From Spongospora subterranea f. sp. subterranea (lineage: Eukaryota): a stretch of DNA of 64,000 bases. The position numbers and the translations under genes were made by a program. The stretch lies in contig JAUGWO010000069.1 of the NCBI GenBank assembly GCA_049724395.1, positions 186,001-250,000 on the forward strand, written 5' to 3'. Below the pieces are notes generated by a model. It had not been told where the DNA came from and ran no database searches. It saw nothing but the letters and a program-made list of their open reading frames with translations. How positions within the stretch are numbered: the stretch's first letter is position 1; the number at the start of each line of letters is the position of its first letter. Shown here piece by piece: positions 1 through 13,340 of this stretch.

Positions 1-3000
1 TTGCCAGGTGTGCTGGCAGACGTACTCCAATTCACCTATTTAACCTTTTGTCTGCAGGCAACCCAGACCACATTGGTGATATAGTCCCCGTCGATTTCGT
101 CGTCAACGCGATCCTAAGATCCGTTCCAATTGCGCTATCGCAACCGAATCGATTTTTCATATGTCAAGCTGCTGCATCGGTTATTAGACCTTGGCGATGG
201 AGGCATGCTATAAATACTGTTAGTGCCGCAAATGTCCGATCACATTCGTCGATTGTCTTAGTAATATTGATACAGCTTCCGACATTCTTCGACACACATC
301 CTTCAAAACATGCGATATCTCCAACTGTATCTTTCACTATGATTCCTAACAAGACTATGTACGAAGTCCATTTTCTAGCCCGATATGCGGTTCCCTCTGC
401 GATATTGAATGCCGTATCTTTTATTGGAACTAAAACGCAAAAACGCACTGCAGAACAGTTCCAGAGATTGATCGTGAAACTCCACACATTGGTTGACGCG
501 TTTCGCTATTTCACGGAACATGGTATTGGTTTTCTTTCATCATCAACGCGTACAACGCGACACCCAATATCTGTGCAGAATGGCGCTTCGATTGCCAAAA
601 GTTGTTTTCTATCGGTAATGAAGTATATGAAGCGGAAGCGGAACATTTTTGGTTGGACCTCTCGCCAATTGACTATACTCAATATCATCGAGCATTCGCG
701 TAAACGCTCATTTTGCCTTGGTATGGTGCACGAGAAAATTTCACTAACCATCGTTACCAGATATGGACTACTAAGATTTGTCCTCAAAGAAGACCTAATC
801 GAGATCGACGATCCCAGGTCGTCAAGGCAGATCTGTCTAACTACGCAAAATGGCGAACAAGTCGCAGGCAATGGTCCGCCTCACTTGGGATGATTTTCCG
901 CCTCTAACGTCCACGTAGGAATGATATCACGAGTATTCCCAGACCTGTTCTGGGCTGTGTCGCAAATGAAGCAGCAGCCGTCGATTGGTGGCCCTAACCT
1001 CACCGATATGAAAGCAGCAGTTCTGTCGTCCCCAAGGGTACAAGCAGTTCTGACAAAGCTTACGGAGGATCAGCCGGATGTATCACCGGCTCAAGCCGCA
1101 GCACATGCAGCTAGCATCCTAGATCTTATGGTTGGCGACATCAAGCCCTCCGTGATGACAGGAATGGCTGCTGGTTTGAAAAAACTTTTCCGCCGGCTCT
1201 ATTCCAACGTATTCATTAATCACGATGGCGTTGAAAGCGTTAGGAGAGCGTCAACTGATGGTGTTCCAATCATCTACGTTCCTACTCATCGCTCTTTATA
1301 TGGACTTTCTTCTACTATCATACACCTGTTTCGTCAATTGCTTGCCCGTGCCTTATATCGCGGCTGGTGACGATTTTCTTGAGTAACGGTGCGGTTCAGT
1401 ATCAAATAAGGACTCATTTTCTCGCAGGGTGGCCGTTGTCCGATATTTGTTCCGTCATTCTGGGGCATTCTTCATCCGCAGGTCGTTCAAAGACGATTTC
1501 GTTTACAAGGCGATCTTCGAGGAATATGTTCGCCAGATATTGTGCCTGGGTAATCGCTGTGTGAGTGTCAAACCATGTTTCCCAATCTTTCTCGAAACAG
1601 GTAAGTCTTTGGAGTTCTTTATTGAAGGCTCAAGAAGTCGTAGCGGAAAGATGGTCCACCCCAAACTAGGTCTTCTTCAAGTAATTTGTAAAACGCTTAT
1701 CGAAGGTGATATAAAAGATGCAATTATTGTGTAAGCTGATTGCTGCGTCGTTTATGATAATTGTTCTAACTTCTTTAGACCTATCGCTATCAATTACGAG
1801 CGAACCTTGGAAGGGGGTATATATTCCCAGGAATTACACGGTAGCTCGAAAATTCAAGAAACTCTCCGGAATTTGATTTCTGCCTCAAAGTCAGTTTTAT
1901 CGTCAAGGTATATGCTGTAGTCTTACACTCCATCGCTCTTGAAAATGTGCTATTAGTTTTGGACGCATATCCATACGAATCGGCACTCCGATTTCCGTTT
2001 TGAATGCGGTCAATCTGCAATCAAATTTGCATGATATCACTAGGCCACTGGCTTACCGAATCAGCTATGAGTTGCAGAGTCTGGGTGAAGTTATGCCAAC
2101 TCATATTCTGTCAACGTTGCTGTTAATGTATAGACGGGGTATATCTCATTCGCAGCTCGTTACGAAATTCTGTTGGTTGAGGCGGGAAATACTCAACCGA
2201 AACGGCCGAGTAATTTTATTCGAGGCCGAAAAACTGGAATGGGTAGTGGACAACGCCATATTGTTGCTGAAAAACGTGATCGAAGAGCGACATCACAAAG
2301 TGTTCGAGCCCAAAATCAGTCACCGATCCGATTATCCCAACATGCTGTTATTAGGACATTACCGAAACAAAATCGTCAATATTTTCTTTCGGGAGTCCAT
2401 CTGGGCCTGCGCGTTCCATTCAATAGGTCTCGATTCATGCGAAGGTGTTGATAGAGGGGTGCTCTTCGAATCTGCTGCGTTTCTGTTCTCGTTGTTGAAA
2501 AGAGAGATAGTATGTTCCCCGGATCCTGACGCAGTTGAAGATTTTGACGCATCATTCGATGTTATGGTTCAACGGTCGGTATTCCGTCTACTGCCCAACA
2601 ACCGCGTGGAAATTGATTCCGAGGCTACTTTCTCGTTCCTATGCGCTTTATGCTGGCCTTTTATTGACAGCTATTTTGCTGCTGGGCTTTTTCTGCACAC
2701 TTTACAAGGAAGCGTGGAGGAAAAACAGGTTTGGTTCAGCTTAATCTCTGGGTTTTTGATCCATAAAATTGACTAAGAAGTAGGTCATTATTCAAACTCA
2801 GTGGTTGGCGACAACATTATATCATGAATCGATGATCTGCTTTTACGAAAGCTGTTCTAGTGATACATTACAAAACGCTTTGACCACTTTCCAGGAAGAG
2901 TTTGGAATCACCTGTAAGACCAGGCGCCTTGTAGTAAAAAACACTGGAATTAAAGGCAATCAAAACTCCGACCTGGCGAGGCAACCAACATACGTAACCG

Positions 3001-3249
3001 ACATCAGCGTGAGACCAAACTACCAGGTATTAATCAGTTAAATCCCCCGGAATCAAAAACTTACGTCAACACATTTAGGACGGTGTTGAATTACAGCAGC
3101 TTATCCACCGCATTGACCTGTTGCGGAAGCGACCGCCTGTTGTCAGGTAAAATGGCGCTTGTTAATCCATTGGTCCGTACTGAAGCAATAATAGGACGTC
3201 TCTGCGGCGAGCCATGATTGCTGAGATTCCGCTGTTGGCTAAACTTTAA
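1..3249 (+). CDS. Fatty acyl-CoA reductase / dihydroxyacetone-phosphate acyltransferase fusion (FARAT-type), 5' end outside window, multi-exon, C-terminal PTS1
   Basis: FAR motif DIVPVDFVVNAIL and a sterile-domain-like region (48-890). Acyltransferase motifs PTHRS-YMD (HX4D, across a 1-nt shift at ~1296), GAFFIRRSF and EFFIEGSRSRSGK. Short GT-AG introns link the ORF pieces. The last exon ends ...PLLAKL-TAA at 3249. Confidence 0.85.
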
Positions 3250-3539
3250 CGTAAGTCGTAAATTATTGCAGGTCCCATCTTGAATGCAAGTATGCTAATC
3301 GTCAGGAAAATCTTTATTAAAGTGATATGTAACAAGAGATGAGATTAATAAGAACCATACATAATGAGAGTATACCATAACGTAGCTCGTGTAAGATAAA
3401 AAACTGTGATTCACCTTTGCGGACGTCATCCGCAGATGCATATGCCCGTGACGGAGTCCGCAGACCCAGCGGAATGAGTTTTTTTGGAAACGTCGTATTG
3501 TTAGCTACAATAACCAGCATGATGTCATCGGAGTGCAAA

Positions 3540-4151
3540 ATGAACGATGATACTTTTGATATTAACGATGATGAATTAGCCAGTATTATCAGCCGATCAT
3601 TATCCGATCTCTTATCAAAAAAGATAAAGGCAGCTGATGACCTGTCCTCTGACATGACGATTGGATCATCGTTATCAGCTTTAGTTGAACCTGTTGACGT
3701 CGCGGAAGAGCTAAAAATGATCAACAAGTTAAACGCACAGACGTCAGCAATCTCCATCATTTCTCCAACAGAACAGCGTTCTAAAGTAGAGACGGCGGGT
3801 AAACAATGGTTTGATATGAGAGCCCCTGAAATCACTCCAGAAATACAGAACGACCTACGGGTGTTGCGGAACAGATCGTTTTTGGATCCTAAAAGGCATT
3901 ATAAACGGGAGGGAAAGAAGGGCTGGGAAACCCCGAAGTTTTTCGAGATTGGTACTGTGATTGAAGGCGCCCATGAGTTCTATTCATCGCGAATTCCAAG
4001 GAAACAACGCGAAACAACGATTGCTAAAGAGTTATTGGCTGATCATCATGTGAGATCATACATTAAGAGGAAATCGAACGCCATCGCTGCCCTTAAACCG
4101 TCTAAATTGAAGCTCAGACCGACATTCAGAAAAAGAAGATTTTCTAAATAA
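3540..4151 (+). CDS. FCF2: Fcf2/DNTTIP2-family pre-rRNA processing protein
   Basis: WFDMRAPEITPEIQNDLRVLRNRSFLDPKRHYK...FFEIGTVIEGAHEFYSSRIPRKQR is the Fcf2 signature, with a basic C-terminus. The start ATG is uncertain (3473, 3519 or 3540). Confidence 0.88.
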   Translation: MNDDTFDINDDELASIISRSLSDLLSKKIKAADDLSSDMTIGSSLSALVEPVDVAEELKMINKLNAQTSAISIISPTEQRSKVETAGKQWFDMRAPEITPEIQNDLRVLRNRSFLDPKRHYKREGKKGWETPKFFEIGTVIEGAHEFYSSRIPRKQRETTIAKELLADHHVRSYIKRKSNAIAALKPSKLKLRPTFRKRRFSK

Positions 4152-4211
4152 GTAAATATCAGAGACTTTGAATAAACTATTTCGTTTGTATTTAGCGCTT
4201 AGGTAATGAAT

Positions 4212-7200
4212 CTATGCAGACTCGAACGCAGCTGTCCGAATGGTTCCCCCAACTGCAATGGACATGGCGACAGGCATCCATACAATGAATATACAGCAAA
4301 CGCAATATGTATAGACCCACGAGGTCGTATCGGTGCTGTAGATGGAGGCCATTATGATATAGCATATCGAGATTAGCACAAGAAGTTGGCGCCTGCGAGC
4401 CTCATTGCACCATCTCAAGTTAATGTATGCTGCGATCGGAGTGATTATGAGCACAACGGGAAACACAATGGTATACAGATTATTGGAAACGAGGTTGCCT
4501 GTGATCATCCCGTTCAGCCTGAAATATACGAGCTGGAATATTGAATGGATCGCGGCAATCAAAATCCCGGTTGGGCATCCAACGCAGTCATGAAGCTGAA
4601 AATACGAATCCACGAAGAAATATATAAGAAGACCTGCACCAAAACCGTTCAGAGTTGAGAATATACCCCCAAAAATTCCGAAGAGAATTATGTCGAATCG
4701 GTCATGAGATGCAACATTCTGGATTTTTTTTACGGTGCGGCCGCCGAGGCTCCTTTGCGCAAAACCCACAATCACTGAGAACGCCAGAAAAATAGCCCCA
4801 GAGGCGAGGTGCATAAGAGATTTGGTGAAGACACCATCAATGACGTTGACAGCAATTACAGAACCAATCATAGACCCAGATGATGCGAATATGACCAAGT
4901 CCCATTCGATAGAAACACCCAAAATTGCATTCAAAACTACTGTACATGATAATGACACAACCTAAAACTTATCTCTGTTAATTCTATAATCAGATTGGGA
5001 TTGGTAAGGACCAACTTGAGCGATGATAACAGCGTTGCCGGCCTCAAGGCTACTACTGAAATAGGATACTGAGGAAGATATGACTCCAAATCCAAATGGG
5101 GTTAATGAGCTGATTAACGCATCAATAGCAATCGATCTAGTGAATGATGGATTAGCTATGATCGAATCTACCACCTGTTGTGGATACAATGTTAGTGACG
5201 ATAGAATACATTCATGACCTTAACGACCTGGTGTGGGTCAATAAATATTGAACAGAGAGCAACAGCGATGCCGAGAAACACAGCAGCCGATATTAATGGG
5301 CTTCTGGCCAGACATCTGATGCCAAGCCAACGACTCGACCTCTCGACTTCATCGCTGGATGTGCGATTCCTAGCGACAAGCGACGAAAGTTCAGCCGGGA
5401 TAAACTTCAGCAAATCTTGAGTCTGGGTGAACTCTAGCGATATATTACGAAGAACGCCGAGAACGACACCGAGATATCCTGGTTATTTGATTCAAAATCA
5501 ACAAATGGCATATGGTAAGGACCGTACCGTATATGTTGATGCAGAAGACAAGAATTACAAGAGCGTATGACAGCGACGACTAATCAGGGATCAATTAGAG
5601 CTTATTAGCCGGGTGACAACAAAACGGAACTGACCCGTTTCTGCGATAGAGCATCTTCATCGTCCGCAACCAGCTGAGCGAAACGTCGCACCCCTCTTGC
5701 CAAGAAATTCATTATCGATCCGTAGCGCTTGAACCAATATGGGCGATCGAAGTCGACGCTTGATAAATGCTTCTCGAGTCGCGACACCTGGGACAAAAGT
5801 GGAATTCGCACGGATTGCTGCATTACAAATCCAATTTAAATTAAAATTCTGGAACAATAAAACAAGTTTCGATCTGACCGGCAATTCGATGATCTGTATC
5901 TGTGATGAACAATCTTATTAATCGAGCTTGCTCAACCATGACGGCTTGTCTTCCATTTTTGGCGAGACCATTGGCAAACGTCGTACAGTCAGGGGGCGTA
6001 ACAATCTCCTTCATATTACACAAATTAGAGAACTCAAGACCGAAATGGCCAGGTCCCGCATTCAGTGATCCTGGTATATGAATTCCATCGAATTCTCCTC
6101 CAAATGTAATGGTCCGTCTAAGGCTATCGCTTTTTAGAATATCGCTTTCAATGGACGACCGCAACTCGGCCGTCGATACAGAAGAGATGTTGTTGTTGGT
6201 CAACAATAGATCAGACGACGTCAGCATCAGTTCGCGACTATTAAACAACGCCCTGCGTAAAACTGCTGCCCCAAGATACCCATATTGAAAGTATTTCGGC
6301 AATGGTGCCCGCGTTTCAGCCTATTGTTTAGCAAGTCAATATGCACCAATTTCAAGAGCCGTGAGCGATTCAACCTGATTGGTTACATTTACTCGACGAT
6401 ATGAGAAGAATATTGCATACAGAACAAGTAGTTGAGCGAAGTTCACCAAATATCGTAAAAGCCCTTGCGTCTTGTGTTTAGAATTTTTCATGACTTGCTC
6501 TTCCATTTTGGCAATGCGGCGCTTTTTCAACCCAGCTTTGTCTTGAACGTTCATCGCTATTGCTGGTTTTGTTTCCTCCAACTCCATAGATTTAGCGTTG
6601 GCGTTGTCAGCGGCGTCCTCAGCGTTCTTCTGCAGAATTGATAGCCGATCGATGAGAGGTGCCATAATTGTGTTCACGGCCGATATCGGCACGCGTAATA
6701 TGGTCATGAGCACGTGATCATTGCGAAGCTGGACTCCAATAATGGTGGAGCGCATTGAGTAAAGCAACAGGAAGAATATGGATGCAATTTGAAGGACAAG
6801 GTCGAGCAGATCGGCTGAAACCAATAGGGAATTTCGAGTCTCAGCAACATTGCTTTCCGATAATGACAATAAATTGATGTGCTCGATCGCATCATAAGAG
6901 TTATGAATCACGAACTGCAACGCGTCCATCTCGGTCTGCGTCAGATTTTGTCCTTTCGAATCTCGAACTTCACGTCCGAATTGTGCGAATAGTCCCACCA
7001 GAGCAAACACGTTCACTGGGAAATCGCAGGATGACTTTCTGTCAGGGCAAAGTACTTTAACCGTTATTTGAGAAGCGAGGGCGTCTATCAAACCAGGTGC
7101 CCAACTCTCCCGATTGAGCAGAATTGTCAATCGACACACCGTGATATCGTCAGCGGCTCTGCCAATCACCACCCTTTGAGCATTGATCAAGCTATGATCG

Positions 7201-10200
7201 GGATCGTCGATCCGTTGATCGACGATGAGTTCCATGGTTTTCATCAAGTCGCTCATCCTCAACAAATCCATGGATATCTGACCGGTCGCTCTACAGAGGA
7301 AGATGGCGTCCTGGACACTCTGAACGACACGGTTGGAGACGACCACTTGCCCAAGCGACATTAATGCTAACAGCATGAAAACGGCTAGGAATGATTTCTG
7401 CAACCACTTCATCAGAACTAACTCCTTCCGCCGTTGAACGACATCATTGTTGGTCCCGGTTGCTCCAGTGAGTGAAGAACCCTTCGAATCGCATGAGTGG
7501 TGATCAGCCTCGACGTGACGGGAACCATGGTCATCAATTTGTGTCCATTCACGACGATTTCTTCCTCCTCCATTTTTTTTAGCCACAGCCTTTGTGGCGG
7601 GTTCCTTGAGCGTTGGGGACTTGTTCACTGAACTCCTGATTAATGATCCAGCTTCGCCTGCAGCGGCTCCCACAGGTCGAATATTCCCAAAACCATCATT
7701 ATCATCATGGGAATCAGTAGCAGATTTTGAATCCCAATCGCTGTCATGTCTAGAATCATGATCCTGGCTTTCTTCCGTCTCATTCGAATGACCCTGCTGA
7801 TTATCAACAGGTTGCGAGTTTTCATCCGACTCGTTCGATTCATCCTGCTGACTGTCAACAGCTTGTGAATTTTCATCCGACTCATTCGACTTATCCTGTT
7901 GACTTTCCTCCGCTTCGTCGAGTTGATCTCGCTGATACTCAGCAAATTGTTCATTTTCATCAGCAATAATAGGAGTGTCTGATCCTAGACTCTCGCCCTC
8001 ACTCTTCTCACGTTCCTGGTATTCGTTTAAACGCCCATTAGCGTTCGCTTCCTGAACAAATTCTCCCGCAAAAGAAATGGGGATCGCGTTTAATTCCAGA
8101 GACGGAGACTGATTTGCTTCCTCTTTCTTAGTGACACCGTAAATTTTATCAAAGATTGTGATTCTGGATACTACAGCAAATTCGTCATCGATCAGCTCAT
8201 ACCGCTCAAATCTATAGACCAACTGAGATTTTTACGAAAGCATCCATTCAACCAAATACCTGGCCGTTAATTGGAAAGTGACATCAGTTTTCTTGAGTGA
8301 AATCATTCGAACGTAGTCGGGATTCGAAGCGGCCGCTTTCTGAAATGCTAAGAAATGCTGATCAAAGTCCGGGATTATTTGATCTATTTTCAGATCACGC
8401 GAATCCACTTTTTCCTTGTCTATTGCTAACTCCATCGCTATGGTCTGCGATATTCCAGTCACGGTCCCGGCTTTATCGTGAATTATGATCATTGAATCGT
8501 GCTGAATGGCCTCAATCACGCCGATGAACGTTAATGTCGTCAAATCTCGCACGTAGACTTTCACAAAAACGATAACGTCTTGTAGATATCCCGATCGTCG
8601 TACTACGACCAGATTTCTTCGCTTATTGACCACAAGCGATACACCACTTCGTAAATTCCTCACGACAAGAGTGTTATGGAACGAAGCGAATGGCTCTGGC
8701 AGCAGCATCCTGAATTAACGCAGTGTCGGACACCGAAATCGGAATCACATCACACCCAACGCCTACGTGAGACTTTTCCCAATCATTGTCGATTTCGAAT
8801 AGCCGAACAACTGAGCCGCTCTTATATTACAGTCGACAATTTCTCCAAGATTTCGCACATTGCCGCTCATCGAAATCACCGCAGCTGAATAGCCGTGAAT
8901 GAACATTGTGGTGGAAACGGGTCGACAAACAAACCTCTATCGTCAAAAAGAAGGTCTTTGAAAATCAAAGTCTGCTTGACGACTGTCTTGGCTTCCTGCA
9001 TTTCGCTGGCTCGCTCCAGTAACCGTTCACCATGTCTAATGTCTCGAATTACAGTGAGAAGAAACCCACTGAAACAAAGTTGAACATTGTGTTTTTGGAA
9101 AAATTAGTTCACGAGCTACCTATAACACCTTAATGCAGAAACGGATTCGTCACTAATGCGAATCGCTTTCAAATAGCTTGAGAAGGCGGATTTGGAATCA
9201 TTACTGATCATGATCGCCATCTCTCTCAGCTTGTCGCAATCGGGTTTTCGCTTGCCGACCTCTGACCAAAACTTAATCGCTGACTGCACAATTCGTAGGT
9301 CGAGTTGTTGCGCCTTCTCCAGCAGTGCCCGTTGGGCATTGTATTGGGTTACTTCCCGATTCGACTCTGCTGAGAGGATACGAGATTCAATCGACTTTTG
9401 CAATCTATATGTTGTCACCCTTTGGTCGATCTTCGGGTCTGTGGCCGGTATTCGATCAAGGTAAGTGTAAGCCATGAAGTTACTACGAATTACTTCGATA
9501 TAGAAGTTGGCAGCGACCATCAACAGATGACATGAATCCGGGAATCGCGATAAACTTGTTGATAGAATCTCTGTGCATACTGAAAACTCCTCAGAGTCGG
9601 CATCTTCGGTTATTTGCTTTGCGTCGTAAAGATTAACAGTGACAAACTCTGATGACGAACGCTTTCGATCACGAGTGTCAGATTTTTCGTTGCCTTTGAT
9701 TTTCGAGACGACTGACGATCTATTGTGCCCTTGAATCGACATTCGCAAACGAATCTCCATCTCCCAGGGATTTTGTAGTTCTGAGAGCGGCATGGTCCGA
9801 AGATGTTCTAGACGACCTTCTACCACAAGAAAAGATGTAGCAATTACGACGGGAACCCCACCTAAGAACATGAATACGGCGCCTCCGCTTTGGTCATTGT
9901 TGTAGATAGAAGCGACAACGGCGCTGAGCGAGGCCCAGGTGAACACCCAGGAAGATGCACACTGGTAGTGGACCATTCGAGGGATTATGCAAGGGGAATA
10001 CATGGTAAGGAGATAGGAGATAAATAACGATGTGATGAACGAGACTGTGCTCAAAAGCAAGCCATTAGAAAACGCAAGCGATAGTACAATCAAAACTATC
10101 TGGGAAATATCGATCAAATATTAAGGTATTCCCGGGCCAAAACTCTTACCTTGAAAAAATGCCAGATAACATCTAGTCGAGAATGGGACCGAGCGGATAA

Positions 10201-10857
10201 CGATTTGGATAAGGGGCTCAGTTCAAACACGCCGCCAATGATGCATAATGATACAAAGACGATGCAGCATAGAGAACCGAACCCAAGGACCGCGTCCAGA
10301 GTTGCTTTGGTTTTGATGGTATTAACGAGAACCCGAACAATAGGGATAAACAATATGCTGCAGAGTAAGCTAGAGTATAACGCATACACCTCTAATATGA
10401 CTGCCAATTTGAACTGCTTTCGGATTGCTATGGCGATTGCAATAAATCCTCCTACCTCAAAATCAATTTTCCCTCTGTGCAGTGAGGCTCAAAAATTCGT
10501 CCACGTACCGAGCAACAAGATAGGCAGAATAATTGCTAACTGAGAGGCGATTGTTCCCAATCCGAACTTTCTGAGAGCAGGTGTACTGACTAGATCACAG
10601 ACGTACTTGACGGGAGCGGAATGGATTGAACTCCATGGGATTAGAGGACCCGAGCTGTTGACTGTAAACAATATCCCAACCATCTGTATGGTCGCCACGA
10701 CTAATCCTATTATAGGCAGATATATCGATGTTTTTTGCACCGAGTTCAGGGCGTAGATGACGGAATAGACTCCATTGCCAATCTCCTGGTAGGCGTCCAC
10801 AAACCACAACGAGAGGGATTCATTAGATGAATCGCTGAGTATGTCGTCGGCTGACAT
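4212..10857 (-). CDS. TmcB/TmcC-like PAS-domain multi-pass membrane protein with an apparent C-terminal TauE/SafE-like permease domain (multi-exon)
   Basis: N-terminal TM helices and a helical region, then a PAS segment (AVISMSGNVRNLGEIVDCNIRAAQLFGYSKSTMIGKSL...LLPEPFASFH, ~8890-8230), an acidic linker and further TMs. Predicted introns 5634-5580, 5527-5479, 5218-5175 and 5015-4962 keep the frame open into a TauE-like region (IEWDLVIFASSGSMIG; GIFGGIFSTLNGFGAG; PVVLIITPIAAY). Confidence 0.72.
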
Positions 10858-13340
10858 GAAGAAGGCAATCGATCGCGGGGCAGAGGCAACGGGAATTCGG
10901 CTAGAACCCCTGGCTCGTTATGACCAAACCCGCCTATAACAGCTGTGGATGATTCTGTGGATAGTTATGAGAAGAGCAGCTGGAAGAGAGCTACCGTAAC
11001 GACACCAGTGCAACTGGTGTGTGTAACGATGACGGGGGCGGTGGGGCACTGCAGCACCAACATGGGCAACTGAGGAACTGTTGAACGATGGGTGTGGGGG
11101 GCAAAGCAGCCAGTCACGAATGGGTTCGGAATTACACACGCAAATGACGACGGCAAATTCCAGAATGGCTCGAGTTGAGCCATCCGGATGTTGCGGTGGT
11201 TCAGCTTGTCATGGGCAGGGAGAGAAGATTCCACGGAAATTTAAGAATACCAAATCAGGCAACAGGACAAAAGGATATCATTGCACAACCTTCCTCAAAC
11301 TGCAACTATACCAAGTGGTTACAGCGTTGTCTGTAATTACATCTAGTAGCAGTCTTCTATACGTAATAGAGGCAGAAGCATTCGTTTCGTTTCGATGCTG
11401 TCTCAATTTTCTTCTGCTACAATGGAAAACAGACAAGTAGGAAAGACAGAACAAAAACCAATCGTCAATGACTACGCGCAGTAGTCCTCTGGGGCTCTGG
11501 ACACATCATCAACGAAAGGTTTAATCCGACCCATAAGAACCCGCGAACCTTTGTGTACCATACCATCCCATCTTGCTTCTCTTCTTCTTTTCCGCCCTCG
11601 GCATCAAGTCGTCCTGAAATAGACGATTCATTCTATCACCAGCCTCAAACCTGTTGCTGGTATTCGTAGACTTGAAGATTGCCACGAGTACAATGGAAGT
11701 AATATCGCAGGTTACTTTATATTCGATTTGTTCTTCTGTAATCTGCTATTCGCCGGGGATATAACCCAGAGCCGATAAATGTTTGTACAGACAAGGCAAA
11801 TTTTCACCTTCTTCGGTATGACCGTTTTTCCAATCAAAATCGATTTATTTTTTAATCAGGCTGTGGTCGGTTGTTCAATCACGCAAAAGAATCGTCCGAT
11901 TGCGGATCGAAGCTTTGTCTTCATACATTCCTTTTTTGCCTGTTGCTCTCCTTTCTCTTTGAACGTTTTCAACACAAGGTTTATTCTGGAAAGCTGATGG
12001 TGACTATCAAATGTACAAACGTGATAGAGGTGTTGTTATAGACATAGGTTTCTTTTTTCGGGGTGGATATCTGTTCCGGGTCATAGTTGACTTGGGTTTC
12101 CAGGTTTGGGGATGGAAGTGATCAAATGACAAAACCCCATTTGTCGGCTCTGGTCGACTTACAATATCAGTGTCTTTCACGGCACCTTCAAGCTGAATTT
12201 GTGTCGTCGTAGCGATATCTGCAGCTGGCGAATGCGACTCCGAAACAGTGGTGATTGGGATATCGAGCGATTAAAAGATCAGGTTTGTGATCTTCATATT
12301 GGAATTTTGAATCCTTCATCCAGTACAACACTTCGCCGAAACTCAGCCAATTCCGTGCCGTGATCACAAGCAGAAGCCCAATGAATGATCACTGAGTCTG
12401 CGCTTCCAGCCCCCTAACCTTGATAATTTGACTGGGACAAACACAGCAGTAAAGGGGTGAAGTAATCGTTGTTTGGGTTTCGTTTGACATTTTGGTGAGA
12501 AAAAAGGCACGACCACCATCGACGACCTCGACTTGTTTGAGATTACGCTGTTGCTCGAATGACAACCCTGCCAAAGCTCAGGCAGCTTCTGCGCGGTTTG
12601 GAGGAAATCAGAGGTTGCTCTCGAGGTCTCATGAATATAGATGCAATAAACATTGTGCAAGCGGATGCTTTTCCCGCCTCATAATTTGCCCATTCGACTG
12701 ACGGTGACGAAAATGGAATGAACGATACGTCCATCGCAAGACGAAACTGATATGAAACTCATTTTTTTTTCGACTGTTCCACCAGCGACAACCAATGCGC
12801 AGAGCAGATCTACTTTATCCAGAGAGCTTCAATTATTGATCGAGTTTTGAAAGGACGTAACACGCCCGATATATGTTTATTTTTTTTTATTCTCGAGGCA
12901 TTCCTATTTTTGCAAAGAGAACCCCGGAAATGCATATCTTGCAGGAATCAACCGTTTACCATCTTCACTGAGGTGTTGATTTTTAATTATTGATCCGTTC
13001 CCACCTATATCAATACTTAACCATCCCCAAACCTGCTCCAATGGATATTCTATTGATGTGTACACCGGTGCAATTCGACGTAACATTTCTGGACATGCAT
13101 CTTCCACTCATCTTCGCCATGCAACGGAGATTCGACCGAAATCCTTGTCGTGCCAGACTCGCTGTGCTGTGTCATTACTCATTGACACAGCCATTCCAGT
13201 CGTGACGAGGCTGCGCATCCTGTTGTGACGTTAATATGTATTTACCAGTTGGGGACCGGATTCCCTCACTGTTCTCGCGACACAGAGCGATCATCTTCGG
13301 GTCGTGATTCACATGGACCGGACGCCACCAATATGCCACT

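Noticed and set aside
7740..7960. Repetitive QQDESNESDENSQ-type units as a separate repeat element
   Set aside because: An in-frame low-complexity acidic linker within the TmcB-like CDS.
10918..11440. Several overlapping 70-120 aa ORFs
   Set aside because: No motif support or consistent exon structure. Probably non-coding or decayed sequence.
12904..13107. YPLEQVWGWL resembling the Tc1/IS630 NPIEQVW motif
   Set aside because: A single short motif with no other transposase motifs or TIRs is too weak to call.
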